Below, one piece after another: positions 8,016 through 18,070 of a stretch of DNA of 64,000 nucleotides. Within the stretch, counting starts at the first letter, position 1, and the number at the start of each line of letters is the position of its first letter. The notes under the pieces are model-generated. The model ran no database searches, had not been told where the DNA came from, and was given only the letters and a program-made list of their open reading frames with translations. The translations under genes and the position numbers were made by a program. This stretch comes from Acidobacteriota bacterium (lineage in GTDB: Bacteria > Acidobacteriota > UBA890 > WLXD01): NCBI GenBank assembly GCA_965248695.1, contig CBDFKD010000002.1, forward strand, positions 3,392,001-3,456,000. Direction: 5' to 3'.

Positions 8016-9942
8016 GGGTCAGGGGTGGGATAATCGGTCCAGGGAGCGGAGACGACCAGTGCAATTATACGACAGCAGGGGTGCCCGAGCCCGGCGGCCC
8101 AGGTCCTGGACGAGGCGCGCGAGGACGCGATCCAGGTCCTGGAAGAGGGGAGCGAGGACGCGGCTTGCCGCGTGCCTGCTAGCGTGTGCTGCCGCCACGG
8201 GCACCGGCAACACCCTGGCTGCCGCGACTACGTCAAGCGCCACGCAAGTCAGTAGGTCAGGGTCAGCCGACAACGCCGGCAATAACATACAGCTCGTCGA
8301 CGTGAGCGCCGCGATGGGGTTGGACTTCGTGCACTTTGCCGGCACCACGGCCGAGAAGCACATGCCAGAGATCATGGGTGGCGGCGTAGCCTGGATCGAC
8401 TACGACGTCGACGGTCGCTGGGACCTCTACCTTGTTGACGGCGGCCCGCTGCCAGGCCTCGCCCCACTGCAACCCGCGTCGCCGGGCGCCGGTGCCAATG
8501 TGCTGTTTCGCGCCAGGTCGGACGGCGGCTACGAGCGCGCGCCGACCGCCGGCGTCGGCAACCGGGGCTTCGGTATGGGGGTGGCCGCCGGAGACTATGA
8601 CGCCGACGGGTTCGTCGATCTGTTCGTGAGTAATTTCGGCGCCAATGCACTATATCGCAACAACGGCGACGGCACCTACTCCGACGTAACCACGGCGCTT
8701 GGCGTCGGTGACCGGCGATGGGGCAGCAGCTGCGCGTGGGGAGATCTCGATCGAGACGGCTTCCCTGAGCTTTTCGTCGCCAATTACCTGGACTATGACG
8801 TCACCAACGCCCGGGTTTGCGGCGACCTGGCGCGAGGGATCCGCGCCTATTGCCAGCCGGAGCTTTACGATGGCGTCGATGACCTCCTGTACCGGAACAT
8901 CGGCGGCCAGACGTTCGAGGAAATCAGCACCGAAGCCGGCGTCGCCAACGCCGAGGACGGAAAGGGGCTCGGCGTAGCGATCGTCGACATGAACGGCGAT
9001 CGTCTGCCCGACGTTTATGTCGCCAACGATGGCACGCGGAACTTCCTCTACGCCAACCGCGGCCAGCTGCGCTTCGAGGATCAAGGGCTTTTTTCGGGCG
9101 CGGGCCTCAGCATCAACGGAGTACCGCAGTCAGGCATGGGTATCGATGTTGCCGATCTTGACGGCGATGGTATGCCCGAGATCGGCGTCACCAACTTCGA
9201 GACTCAGGCCATCAACATGTACCGATCGACGGCACCCGGCCTTTACACCGACGAGACGTTCCGATTCGGAACCGGGGAGACCACCTGGACCACGCTCGGC
9301 TTCGGTCTCGTATTCGTCGACCTGGACGGCGATGGCGACCGCGATGTCTTGATCGCCAATGGCCATGTACTCGATCATGTTGCCAACTTCGCCCAGCCAA
9401 ACCAGGTGTTCGCGAACCGTCACGCCGAACGTTGGATGGCAGGCTCACCCCACGCTGAAGGCTTGCTCGAGGAGATCATGGACCCCGGCCCGCCTTTCGC
9501 CCCCGCCGACGCCCGCGTCTCGCGCGCTCTCTCGCACGGCGACGCTGACGGAGACGGCTGGCCCGATATCCTGGTATCGAACCTCGGCGGTCCTATCGAG
9601 CTATTGCGCAACGATTCCCGGCGCGAAAACCGACGCCTCGTGATCCGCCTGCGGGGGCGCGACAGCAACCGCGACGCCTTTGGGGCCCGGGTTGTAGTGA
9701 CTACGCACGACGACCGAGATCGACCGTTCCGACAGTACTTCGAGGTGACCAGCGCCAGTTCCTACATCTCGCAAAGCAGCACCGATCTGCACGTCGGCCT
9801 CGGAAGCGCTGCCCACGCAGACATTCTGGTCGAGTGGCCTGACGGGAGCCGCGACGCGATCGGCACTATTGATGCTGGCCAGCTGATACTGGTTCACGAG
9901 GGACACGGCGGTGCGTTCGTAACCAAGGCAATGAGTCCATGA
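7999..9942 (+). CDS. CRTAC1-family protein (FG-GAP/VCBS repeats plus ASPIC/UnbV); start uncertain
   Basis: DYDVDGRWDLY, GDYDADGFVDLF, NNGDGTYSDVT repeats; SNRDAFGARV...SSYISQSSTDLHVGLG...VEWPDG. Confidence 0.9.
   Translation: MGKNGMGQGWDNRSRERRRPVQLYDSRGARARRPRSWTRRARTRSRSWKRGARTRLAACLLACAAATGTGNTLAAATTSSATQVSRSGSADNAGNNIQLVDVSAAMGLDFVHFAGTTAEKHMPEIMGGGVAWIDYDVDGRWDLYLVDGGPLPGLAPLQPASPGAGANVLFRARSDGGYERAPTAGVGNRGFGMGVAAGDYDADGFVDLFVSNFGANALYRNNGDGTYSDVTTALGVGDRRWGSSCAWGDLDRDGFPELFVANYLDYDVTNARVCGDLARGIRAYCQPELYDGVDDLLYRNIGGQTFEEISTEAGVANAEDGKGLGVAIVDMNGDRLPDVYVANDGTRNFLYANRGQLRFEDQGLFSGAGLSINGVPQSGMGIDVADLDGDGMPEIGVTNFETQAINMYRSTAPGLYTDETFRFGTGETTWTTLGFGLVFVDLDGDGDRDVLIANGHVLDHVANFAQPNQVFANRHAERWMAGSPHAEGLLEEIMDPGPPFAPADARVSRALSHGDADGDGWPDILVSNLGGPIELLRNDSRRENRRLVIRLRGRDSNRDAFGARVVVTTHDDRDRPFRQYFEVTSASSYISQSSTDLHVGLGSAAHADILVEWPDGSRDAIGTIDAGQLILVHEGHGGAFVTKAMSP
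8099..8163. repeat. 33-bp tandem duplication containing the CCAGG-T-CCTGG palindrome
   Basis: CCAGGTCCTGGACGAGGCGCGCGAGGACGCG and CCAGGTCCTGGAAGAGGGGAGCGAGGACGCG. Confidence 0.75.
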
Positions 9943-11534
9943 CCTTCTCAGCAGTCGTACTGATCGCGGCGCTGAGCGCGCCGATTCTGGGAGCGCCGGA
10001 GATCTCGACTGAACAGGAGATCACGGCCGACGAACAAGCGGCACGCGAGCATTTCGTCGTCGCCCTGCGGCTGGCAGAACAAGGCCACATCCAGGACGCC
10101 CTGGACACCGCACTCGAGGCCCTGGCGTTGGACGATGGCAACGCCGACGGGCTCAACCTCCTGGGGCAGCTTTACGAGCAGCTGGACCGCGACGCCGAAG
10201 CTGAAGACGCCTACATGCGGGCAACCGCGGCCGACCCCGACTGGGCACTCCCCTATCGAAACCTCGGGGCCTACTACAGTGCGCAAGACCAGTTCTCGCT
10301 GGCGCTGGCACCCTTGTCGCGCGCTGCAGATCTGTGGCCCGACGACCCGCTGACCCACGCGCTGCTGGCCAACTCGCTGCAGGCCACCAGCCGCTTGTCG
10401 GAGGCCATCGAAGCTTTCCGGCGCGCCTGGGAGCTCGATCCCGAGAGCACGGAGCTAGCGATCGACATCGCCAGAACGCAGAGCGCAGCCGGCGATCGCG
10501 CCGCGGCGATCGCTACCGCCGAGGTCGCGGCCGAACGGGCGCCCGAGGACCCCAGACCGTTGACGCTTCTTGCTCAGCTACTGGCCAGAGGCGACTTGGT
10601 GGACGAGCTCGTCCGGGCTCCGGCGATCTACCGGCAGGCGATCGCTCTGGACCCGAAGCACGCGGAGCTGTGGCTAGGGCTAGCATCGGCTTACAACCAG
10701 ATCGCGCTCAGACCGCAAGCGGAGGAAGCGTACCGACGCGCGATCGAGCTCGGGCTCGACACCGCCGAGGTCCGGTACGAGCTCGGGCAGACCCTGTCGC
10801 AGCAGCAGCGATTCGCTCCGGCTTTGGACCAGTTCGGTCGCGCGATCAGCGACCGACCGGAGTTCGCCGCCGCCTACGAAGCTCGCGGCAAAGCGCTTTT
10901 CGAGCTCAATCGCACCTCCGAGGCGCTGGCCGATTTCGAGCGCGCCGTCGAGTTGTCGCCCGGCGATCCAGCCCCGGTGTTGGCGGCGGTGCAGGTCTAC
11001 ATGGTGCAAGGTGACCTGGAATCCTCAGAGCGCCTGCTATCCGGCATCGTTGCCACCGCCTCGAGCCAGCGTGCAGAGATCGCGGTGGCAATCGGCCGCC
11101 TGCGGCTGCGCCAAGATCGCAGCGCGGAGGTTGTGGAGGTCTTGGCGCCGGTACTCAGCGAAGCGCCGGCGCTGATCGAAGCGCGCTACCTGACCGGCCA
11201 GGCGCTGCTGAAGCTAGGGCGCATCGAGGAAGGCCGCACGATGCTGTCGGAATACCAGCGCCGATTCAACGAGATGCGGACGCGCGAGGTCGACCGACTG
11301 CGAATCGGCGTCATGGGTCGCGCCCAAATCTACGTTCTGCGCGGCCGGGTGTTCACCCACGAGGAGCGCTACGACCTGGCCCTCGAGCAGCTGGAGTCGG
11401 CCGCCGAGCTCGCCCCGGACAACGCCGAAGTCTGGCGGGCGCTAGCCGAGCTGCACGATCTTCGCGGCGACCCCGAGGCGGCGGCAGCGGCACTAGAGCG
11501 AGCACGGGCGCTGGCCGAAACCGACACACAATAG
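9939..11534 (+). CDS. Secreted TPR-repeat protein
   Basis: Signal peptide and more than ten TPR-like units; ATGA overlap with the CRTAC1 gene. Confidence 0.88.
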   Translation: MTFSAVVLIAALSAPILGAPEISTEQEITADEQAAREHFVVALRLAEQGHIQDALDTALEALALDDGNADGLNLLGQLYEQLDRDAEAEDAYMRATAADPDWALPYRNLGAYYSAQDQFSLALAPLSRAADLWPDDPLTHALLANSLQATSRLSEAIEAFRRAWELDPESTELAIDIARTQSAAGDRAAAIATAEVAAERAPEDPRPLTLLAQLLARGDLVDELVRAPAIYRQAIALDPKHAELWLGLASAYNQIALRPQAEEAYRRAIELGLDTAEVRYELGQTLSQQQRFAPALDQFGRAISDRPEFAAAYEARGKALFELNRTSEALADFERAVELSPGDPAPVLAAVQVYMVQGDLESSERLLSGIVATASSQRAEIAVAIGRLRLRQDRSAEVVEVLAPVLSEAPALIEARYLTGQALLKLGRIEEGRTMLSEYQRRFNEMRTREVDRLRIGVMGRAQIYVLRGRVFTHEERYDLALEQLESAAELAPDNAEVWRALAELHDLRGDPEAAAAALERARALAETDTQ

Positions 11535-11546
11535 CGCCAACGCCTG

Positions 11547-13649
11547 CTAGCTGATCCCGTGATCGCGCTTGATCCGCGCCACCATCTCGGTGATCGCGGC
11601 GATCTGGTACTCCCGCTGCTGGGCCGCCGGTACAACGCCGATCAAACGATCGAGGATCCGCACCGCCTCGACGAAGCGATTGAGCTCCACTAACCGGATG
11701 CCCAGGTTGCGCATCGCGTGAAAGTGGCGATCGTCGGCGTCAATGGCGCGTTGCCATCTCCTGATGGCCTCCTCGCTGTCCCCTCGCTGCGCGGCGAGGA
11801 TGCCGAGACCGTTGTGCGCATCGGCGAGCTCCGGATCGTAGCTCAGCGCGGCTTGAAACGCTTCCACGGCAGCTGCCGGGCGATTGGAAAGCAGCATCAT
11901 TCCCCGGTTGGCATGCGTTGCCGGGTGCGTCGGATCGAGCTCCAGAGCGCGGCTCAATAGCTCGGCCGCGGCCTCCCGGTCGCCGAGCTCGATCTGCAGC
12001 GCGCCCAGCAGATTCAGCACATCGAGATTCTCCGGCTCCTCTCCAAGAGCCTGCTCGAGCACGGCGACCGCCTCGACACGCTGACCGGTAACCCTGAGGT
12101 AGGAGCCGAGCTTGGCCTGCAGATCGGCGGCGCCCCAACCGAGCTCCGTCGCCTCGCTGAGTCGAGCAATCGCGGACGTCGTGTCGCCCGATTCGTGCTC
12201 GATCGAAGCCAGCAGCGTCAACGCGATCAAGAAGTCCGGGCGCTGCCGCAATACGCTCTGCAATAGTGCCGTGGCAGTTTCGGTATCGCCGACATCGGCA
12301 GCAACGACCGCACGCTGAACGTCGTTCTCCAGCGCGATGAGGTTCTTCGGGTCGTCTTCTACCCCGAAGTCGCGCGGGTCGGCGGGGACGGCACCACCGA
12401 CGTATCCCAGTGCTCTCAGTCGTCGCAGTGTGGCGGCATCCTCGGTGACGCGCGTGCCGCCGATTGCGGCACTGTCCAGATGGGCGTCCAGCACGGCCTT
12501 GAGCTCGACCATCCAAGTGGCACGCCGGTCCGACAGGTCGTCCTGCTCACCTGGATCGAGGGCGAGATCGTAGAGCTCCGGTAGCGGCAGGTCGATGAAC
12601 TTGAGATCGCCACGAAAGATGCCCGTCAACGGCGCCCAGTTGCGGCTCAGGCTGGGGCCCAGCGACTCGAAGTAAAGCGGCCGCTCTATGTCGTCGGCCT
12701 CCGGGCCGGTCATCGCCGCAACGTGGGAGATTCCCTCGATGCCCTCTTGCCGGGGCATTCCCAGCAACTCCAGCACCGTTGGCAGGATGTCGGCGTGACC
12801 GACGCGCGCGGCCACAGTGCTGCCGGCACGCAGGCGCGGCAGGCCGGCGGCGATCAGCGGCACGCGCAACGTCGCCTCGTAGGCGAAGATCCCGTGGGTA
12901 CGCTCGCCGTGGTCGCCAAGCGCCTCGCCGTGGTCGGACGTCACCACCACGAGGGCGTCGGCGCGCTCGGCGTCATCCAGTAAGGGCGCCAGCGCGGCAT
13001 CGGTGTAGGCGATCTCGCCGGCGTACGGGTCGGCGGCGTATTCGGCGCTGAACGGCGCCGGCGGATCGTAGGGAGCATGCGGATCGTACACATGTACCCA
13101 CACAAACCAGGGGCCCGACTGCGCATCGATCCAGCGTCGGGCCCGCGCCACCACATCCTCGGCGCGACGCTCGACGAAGTAAAAGCTCTCGGCGGCGCTG
13201 TGACCGTAGAAGTCGTCGTACAGGTCGAATCCCTGCGCCAGACCGAACTGCGAATCCAGTGGAAAGCCGCCGACAAACGCGGCGGTGGCGTAGCCGGCGC
13301 GCTGGAAGCGCTCGGCCCAGGTGTCGAGCTCGTCGGGCACCCTGAAGCCGACGTTGTCGTGCACATCGTGACGGCTCGGATCCAGGCCGGTCAGAATCGA
13401 GGTGTGCGACGGCAGCGTCAGCACAGCGTGGGCGACGGCGTTCTCGAATCGGACGCCGCGAGCTGCCAGATCGTCGAGCGCCGGCGTGGCCGCCCGTCCC
13501 CCGTAGCTCCCGAGGCCGTCGCGGCGGAGTGTATCGATGGTGATGAGTAGTACGTCCGGCGATTGCGGTAAGCCTGTCGAGGTCGCCGTCGCCAGCGGCA
13601 GAAAGGCCGCCATACCGGCGGCCACGGCGCACGCTCTCGCGCGCATCAT
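11547..13649 (-). CDS. Sulfatase-like (alkaline phosphatase superfamily) hydrolase/transferase with C-terminal TPRs
   Basis: LLITIDTLRRD, TLPSHTSILTG, WVHVYDPHAPY, VTSDHGE, HG..AYE, ELYDLALDPGE, LRALGYV, then TPRs. Start moved to MMRARAC (signal peptide). Confidence 0.88.
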   Translation of the reverse strand: MMRARACAVAAGMAAFLPLATATSTGLPQSPDVLLITIDTLRRDGLGSYGGRAATPALDDLAARGVRFENAVAHAVLTLPSHTSILTGLDPSRHDVHDNVGFRVPDELDTWAERFQRAGYATAAFVGGFPLDSQFGLAQGFDLYDDFYGHSAAESFYFVERRAEDVVARARRWIDAQSGPWFVWVHVYDPHAPYDPPAPFSAEYAADPYAGEIAYTDAALAPLLDDAERADALVVVTSDHGEALGDHGERTHGIFAYEATLRVPLIAAGLPRLRAGSTVAARVGHADILPTVLELLGMPRQEGIEGISHVAAMTGPEADDIERPLYFESLGPSLSRNWAPLTGIFRGDLKFIDLPLPELYDLALDPGEQDDLSDRRATWMVELKAVLDAHLDSAAIGGTRVTEDAATLRRLRALGYVGGAVPADPRDFGVEDDPKNLIALENDVQRAVVAADVGDTETATALLQSVLRQRPDFLIALTLLASIEHESGDTTSAIARLSEATELGWGAADLQAKLGSYLRVTGQRVEAVAVLEQALGEEPENLDVLNLLGALQIELGDREAAAELLSRALELDPTHPATHANRGMMLLSNRPAAAVEAFQAALSYDPELADAHNGLGILAAQRGDSEEAIRRWQRAIDADDRHFHAMRNLGIRLVELNRFVEAVRILDRLIGVVPAAQQREYQIAAITEMVARIKRDHGIS

Positions 13650-13663
13650 ACGGTGAGTCGCCC

Positions 13664-13706
13664 GGCCTGTAACAGATGCCCGTTGCATATCGCAGGTGGT
13701 ATCTAG
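13664..13706. repeat. Repeat copy 2 (GGCCTGTAACAGATG...CGTTGCATATCGCAG...CTAG)
   Basis: 35 of 39 nt match 3153-3191. Confidence 0.8.
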
Positions 13707-14701
13707 CCGATCATCTCGAGGAAGCTTTGCGCATCGGCCGCGTTCTGGGTCTCCGGGGCGAGCTCGATCACCTTCTCCAGATGGACCCGCGACTCCTCCA
13801 TCATTCCCTGCTGGATAAGACACAGTGCCACCTGCAGGTGGGAGTCGACATCGTTCGGGTTCAGTGCCAACGCCCTCTCGAAGTAGCCTTGCGCGGCCGC
13901 CGATTGCCCCTGGCTGAAGAGGAGACTGCCGATATTGTAGAAGATGATCGGATCGGTGACGCGCTGCAGATCGATCTGCTCCAGCTCGGCCATCGCGGCA
14001 TCTACATCGCGCCGCACCATGTGGACCTTGGCAACCCCCATACGAGCTTCGTTGTTGGCCGCATCTACCACCAGCGTCGCCTCGAAGTGCGACGTGGCGA
14101 GGTCGTAGTCCTCCATTTCGAACGCGGCGTTGCCGGCGTTGATGTGCACCAGATGGAGGTTCGGATTGGGGTTCTCCTTCGCCGCCTCCGCGGCCATCAA
14201 CACATCGAGGGCGGCCAGGGCCCCTGCATAATCGCCGGCGTCATACAGCAGGTTTGCCGCGTTGATGCTGTCGCCGAGCTCGCCACCGAAGAGCGTTACC
14301 CCGACAGCGTCCGCTGTCTCGCCGCGCTCCAAGACAACCTCGAAATTCTGATTGCTGCGATCGCGGACGGCGGCCGACATCGCCTTCATCTTGAACCCCG
14401 GCGCGGTGATGTCGACGTTCCAGCGTCCGAATCCCAGGCCACCCTTGCGGAATTCACCCTTGTCGTTAGTGGTGGCCGTCACCACTGCCTGTGTGGACAG
14501 CTGCGTCAGCGTGATGGTGGCGCCGGGAACGGGGTTGCCGTCCTGATCCGTGACAACTCCCCCGAGGCGGCCGTTGCCGACCGGGGTCTGCGCCAGAACG
14601 GACTGCGGAAGCAACAGTAGGGCGGCGGCCAGCAGGGCCAGGTTCGCGGCGCTAGCGGCTCGTGAACAGCCGCCGACAGCTACGCGGGATCGAAAAGCCA
14701 T
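13703..14701 (-). CDS. Secreted carboxypeptidase-regulatory-like domain plus TPR protein
   Basis: Signal peptide; GRLGGVVTDQDGNPVPGATIT...TTNDKGEF...GRWNVDITAPGF; TPRs. Confidence 0.88.
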   Translation of the reverse strand: MAFRSRVAVGGCSRAASAANLALLAAALLLLPQSVLAQTPVGNGRLGGVVTDQDGNPVPGATITLTQLSTQAVVTATTNDKGEFRKGGLGFGRWNVDITAPGFKMKAMSAAVRDRSNQNFEVVLERGETADAVGVTLFGGELGDSINAANLLYDAGDYAGALAALDVLMAAEAAKENPNPNLHLVHINAGNAAFEMEDYDLATSHFEATLVVDAANNEARMGVAKVHMVRRDVDAAMAELEQIDLQRVTDPIIFYNIGSLLFSQGQSAAAQGYFERALALNPNDVDSHLQVALCLIQQGMMEESRVHLEKVIELAPETQNAADAQSFLEMIG

Positions 14702-14835
14702 CGAATGCTTCTCCTTGGTGTCGCTTCAGGGCTGCGCGTAGCGCTGGGGACGGGCGCCCGCGGGCGCGCTCCTACAGATTAATACGAAGCGGTGCCCCGG
14801 GGCTTGCGGCGCGTCGGTGTGTGCCGAGTCGCACG

Positions 14836-14867
14836 AAGAAAGCCCCCAGGGCCGAAGCCCCGGGGGC
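14836..14867 (-). terminator. Intrinsic terminator downstream of the TonB-dependent receptor
   Basis: Minus strand GCCCCCGGGG-CTTCGG-CCCTGGGGGC followed by TTTCTT (UUCG loop). Confidence 0.75.
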
Positions 14868-14926
14868 AATCTCAGGCGTTCGATTCAGGGAACCGCGTCA
14901 GGCGCGGTGTCCCCGGTTCGAGAAGC

Positions 14927-17758
14927 CTAGCGCAGGACCAAGCGAGCGCCGAAGCGGATCGTGCGGCCCTGGACAACGTCTCTGATCTTGCTGTAGGCAG
15001 ACGAGTTGAACTGCCGGTGGCGAGCCAGAACGATGTCGTTGTTGGTGACGTTGAACGCATCCAGGATGATGTGGAGGCGACCGCGGTCGTCGATGTCGAA
15101 CGTCTTCTCTGCTCTGAAATCGAGATTCCAGAACATCGGCAGACGCTCGGTACCGAACGGAGCCAGGTTCGCGTTGACGCGACCGGCACCGTTGGCACGG
15201 TTGTTGGAGCGCACGTAGCGATCCATGATGTGGCCCTCACGCAGCTGCAGGAAGCTAGCTACGCTGATGCCCGCGGGCAGCTGGTACATGCCCGAGAACT
15301 TCGCGAACCACCGCGACGCCGCAGCAGCAGTGCCGCCACGCACCGAGTTGTCCGACGAGTGGAGGCCTGCATTCAGGCTCTCGACGTTGGTCGGATCGGT
15401 GAAACCACCCGGATCGAGGCGCTGCTTCGGGCGTGCCCACGTGAACGACGCGTTGCCCATCCAGTTGTTGGCAAAGCGCTTGTTCAGGTATGCGGTGATG
15501 CCCGTGTAGGACGTGCTGTAGTTGTCCCGCTGCGTGTAGACGGTCGTGCCCGAGCGGGCTCCGACCGGCTGGTAGACCGGCAGGCTTCCGTAGCCGGAGA
15601 CGTCCTGCGTCACCTGCTCCCAGAAGGCCGGATCGTTCTCACCAACACGCGGCTGCCAGGTGAAGTTGCTGTTCTTCTTGTAAACGAAGTCAGCACCGAT
15701 ACCCAGCGAACGGTCGAGCTCGTGCTCGACGCCCACAATGAGCTCGTTGGTCCACGGGGCCGAAGTCTCGTTGACCAGTGTGCTCTTGGGGGCGTTGGGG
15801 TTGTCGATGTCGAAGCCACCGGAGACGAACAGCGGATCGCCGAAAGTCTCGCCAGGATCGATCGTGTTGTTGCCGTTCAGGTCATTCCAGTTCAGGTCGA
15901 CTTCCGGACCGAACGTGGTGTTCGTGACGTGGAACTCGCCGTTGAACTGCTGCGAGTAGTACCGCGCCGCGGACGCCCGGAGGATCGTCGTGCCATTGCC
16001 CGACAGGTCATACGTCAGGCCCAGGCGCGGCGACAACGTGCTCCAGCCGAAGCCAGGATCGAAGCCGTCGAAAGATACGCCCGGGAACAACGCCGGAGCC
16101 AGCACGTGGTCCGTCGTCGAGCTCGGGTTCGACTTGCTCGTCTGGGTGTCGTAGCGCAGACCGAGGTTGGCCGTCAGGCGACCAGCACTGATCGTGTCAC
16201 CGAGATATACGCTGTGACGCTTCCCCTGGTAGTTGTCCAGAGCATCGGCGATCAGCCATGCCTCAACGGCAACGCCAGCATCAAACGCGGCGATGGCGCC
16301 GCCACCAGGACCCCAAACCGACGAGGTCTCGGCGGTGCGGAAGCTGTAGCCGTACTTCAGCTCGTTGTCGACCGACGAGCCAGCGATGTAGCTGTTGCCG
16401 TCGAGACGGCCGTTCTTGAGCGGACGCGTGGTGTCGTACGAGAAGTAGCTCTGACCCCAGAGACCGGTATCGTAGTCGTACGTGACCTGCGTCTCGGTGC
16501 CACCCTGAGCGTTCAGGAAGAAACCGAGGCCGGTGTCGTTGTACGACGCCTCGACGTAGTTGTTGTCGTTGAGGGTGTACTGCAGCTTGACCGTGTGGAT
16601 CGGCGTCGGGCCACCCTGGATGAAGGTGGTTGCCGGCGGACGCGTTGCAGATGCGCCACGACCCTGCTTGGTCTTGTTGGCGTGCACGAAGGTGTAGTTC
16701 AGCACCGCCCTGTCGCCGATGTGAATGTTGGCCTTCGCGTGCCAGTTCAGCAGCTGCGTGTTGTCCGGCGAGATTCCAACGGCCTGGTTGATCTTCTGGA
16801 TGCCGCGGGCGCCCCAGAGGAAGACCCGATCGCGCACCATAGGACCACCGAACTCACCGCCGTAGTCCTGGATCTTCTGGATCGAGTTGCCGATGTAGCC
16901 CGGGAAGAGCTGGTCTTCCGTGAAGCTACCGGTCAAGTCGCCGGTTTCGGGATCGCCGACGTTGCGCGACTGCAGATCACCCTCGGTGAGGTAGTACCGG
17001 CCTGAACCGCGCCAGCTGTTACCACCACGCTTGGTGACGAAGTTGATGCGCACGCCGCCGGTCTGCATCGAAGGATCGTTGCCGCCGGTCGAGATCGAGA
17101 TCTCTTCGAAGGCGTCGAAGTCGTAGTACATGGGCGACGCGCCAAGCGCCGACATGTCCGTAACCTCAGCACCATCGTACGTCCACATGGCGTCGCCGCC
17201 ATTGGCACCGTTGGCACGGAAACCCGACTGCTGACCCGACTCGGAACCACCGATGTTCTCGCGGTCAACCTGCATGCCGGCCGTCTGCTGCATCATGACC
17301 CAGGGGTCACGTGCCGACGGGATCGACTGCATGTATTCCTCGGTGAGGTTCTGACCGGTGCCGGTCTTCTTGACGTCGACGATCGGGGTCGTGCCGGTAA
17401 CGGTCACGGTCTCTTCGATGGTCGACAATTCCATCGCCACGTTGACCTGGCTGTTGCCGCCAACGCGAACGGGAACCGCTTCCTGGATGATCGTCTTGAA
17501 ACCTTCGAGCATGAAGGTAATGACGTAATCATTCCCAGGCGGCAGCACGGGGTAGCGGTAGACACCGTTGGCCTGCGTGTACACGGTCGACGACGGGACC
17601 AAAGAGCTGTCCATCGTCACCGACACGCCCGGCAGCGGTGCTCCATCCGGGTCTGTAGCGACACCCGAGATGGACCCTGTTTCCTGCGCCCACACAGGGG
17701 CGGCAACAAACACGGCCAGTGCGAGGCTCGCGATCAGCGAGCGCTTAAGGATACGCAT
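14927..17758 (-). CDS. TonB-dependent receptor, Oar-like, with N-terminal carboxypeptidase-regulatory-like domain
   Basis: AAGGAGG RBS before MRILKR; TGSISGVATDPDGAPLPGV; ETVTVTG; plug motifs DFDAFEEI and INFVTKRG; NLGLRYD, SPRLGLTYDL, DAFNVTN, final strand RTIRFGARLVLR. Confidence 0.92.
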   Translation of the reverse strand: MRILKRSLIASLALAVFVAAPVWAQETGSISGVATDPDGAPLPGVSVTMDSSLVPSSTVYTQANGVYRYPVLPPGNDYVITFMLEGFKTIIQEAVPVRVGGNSQVNVAMELSTIEETVTVTGTTPIVDVKKTGTGQNLTEEYMQSIPSARDPWVMMQQTAGMQVDRENIGGSESGQQSGFRANGANGGDAMWTYDGAEVTDMSALGASPMYYDFDAFEEISISTGGNDPSMQTGGVRINFVTKRGGNSWRGSGRYYLTEGDLQSRNVGDPETGDLTGSFTEDQLFPGYIGNSIQKIQDYGGEFGGPMVRDRVFLWGARGIQKINQAVGISPDNTQLLNWHAKANIHIGDRAVLNYTFVHANKTKQGRGASATRPPATTFIQGGPTPIHTVKLQYTLNDNNYVEASYNDTGLGFFLNAQGGTETQVTYDYDTGLWGQSYFSYDTTRPLKNGRLDGNSYIAGSSVDNELKYGYSFRTAETSSVWGPGGGAIAAFDAGVAVEAWLIADALDNYQGKRHSVYLGDTISAGRLTANLGLRYDTQTSKSNPSSTTDHVLAPALFPGVSFDGFDPGFGWSTLSPRLGLTYDLSGNGTTILRASAARYYSQQFNGEFHVTNTTFGPEVDLNWNDLNGNNTIDPGETFGDPLFVSGGFDIDNPNAPKSTLVNETSAPWTNELIVGVEHELDRSLGIGADFVYKKNSNFTWQPRVGENDPAFWEQVTQDVSGYGSLPVYQPVGARSGTTVYTQRDNYSTSYTGITAYLNKRFANNWMGNASFTWARPKQRLDPGGFTDPTNVESLNAGLHSSDNSVRGGTAAAASRWFAKFSGMYQLPAGISVASFLQLREGHIMDRYVRSNNRANGAGRVNANLAPFGTERLPMFWNLDFRAEKTFDIDDRGRLHIILDAFNVTNNDIVLARHRQFNSSAYSKIRDVVQGRTIRFGARLVLR

Positions 17759-17868
17759 TTGCCCTCCTTGGCAAGTGCAACCTCGGGGCCTCGGGGACGT
17801 CCGCATCGTCTCGACCCCGAGAAAGCCGATGCGGAAGGGAAAGGCGGTAGGACGCCATTTGTTGTGAC

Positions 17869-17885
17869 TGCAAAAGGCATGCCCA
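17869..17885 (-). promoter_or_regulatory. sigma54 (-24/-12) promoter for the TonB-dependent receptor
   Basis: Minus strand TGGGCATGCCTTTTGCA is GG-N10-GC with TTGCA, about 110 bp upstream of the ATG. Confidence 0.65.
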
Positions 17886-18041
17886 ATCGGCGTCGCTATC
17901 AGGGGCATCGTGGCGCAGTGTGAAGCGAGTGTCAAACTTATGTAAACGCGAGACTTACAGGAGGCCCTTCTGGAGGCGTCATCGCAGATTGTTCTTGGCG
18001 AACAAAAACGCTGCGCTCGGCTAACAGGTTTTTGGGGCAGC

Positions 18042-18059
18042 GATCCAATGAATTGGATC
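18042..18059. promoter_or_regulatory. Palindrome, candidate enhancer-binding-protein site
   Basis: GATCCAAT-GA-ATTGGATC with perfect 8-bp arms, about 160 bp upstream of the sigma54 site. Confidence 0.45.
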
Positions 18060-18070
18060 CGGGCTCGCCC

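Noticed and set aside
14792-17005. 737-aa plus-strand ORF and other long antisense ORFs (e.g. 3165-4430, 6660-7940, 33354-34931)
   Set aside because: Shadow frames opposite well-supported genes in GC-rich DNA; no motifs.
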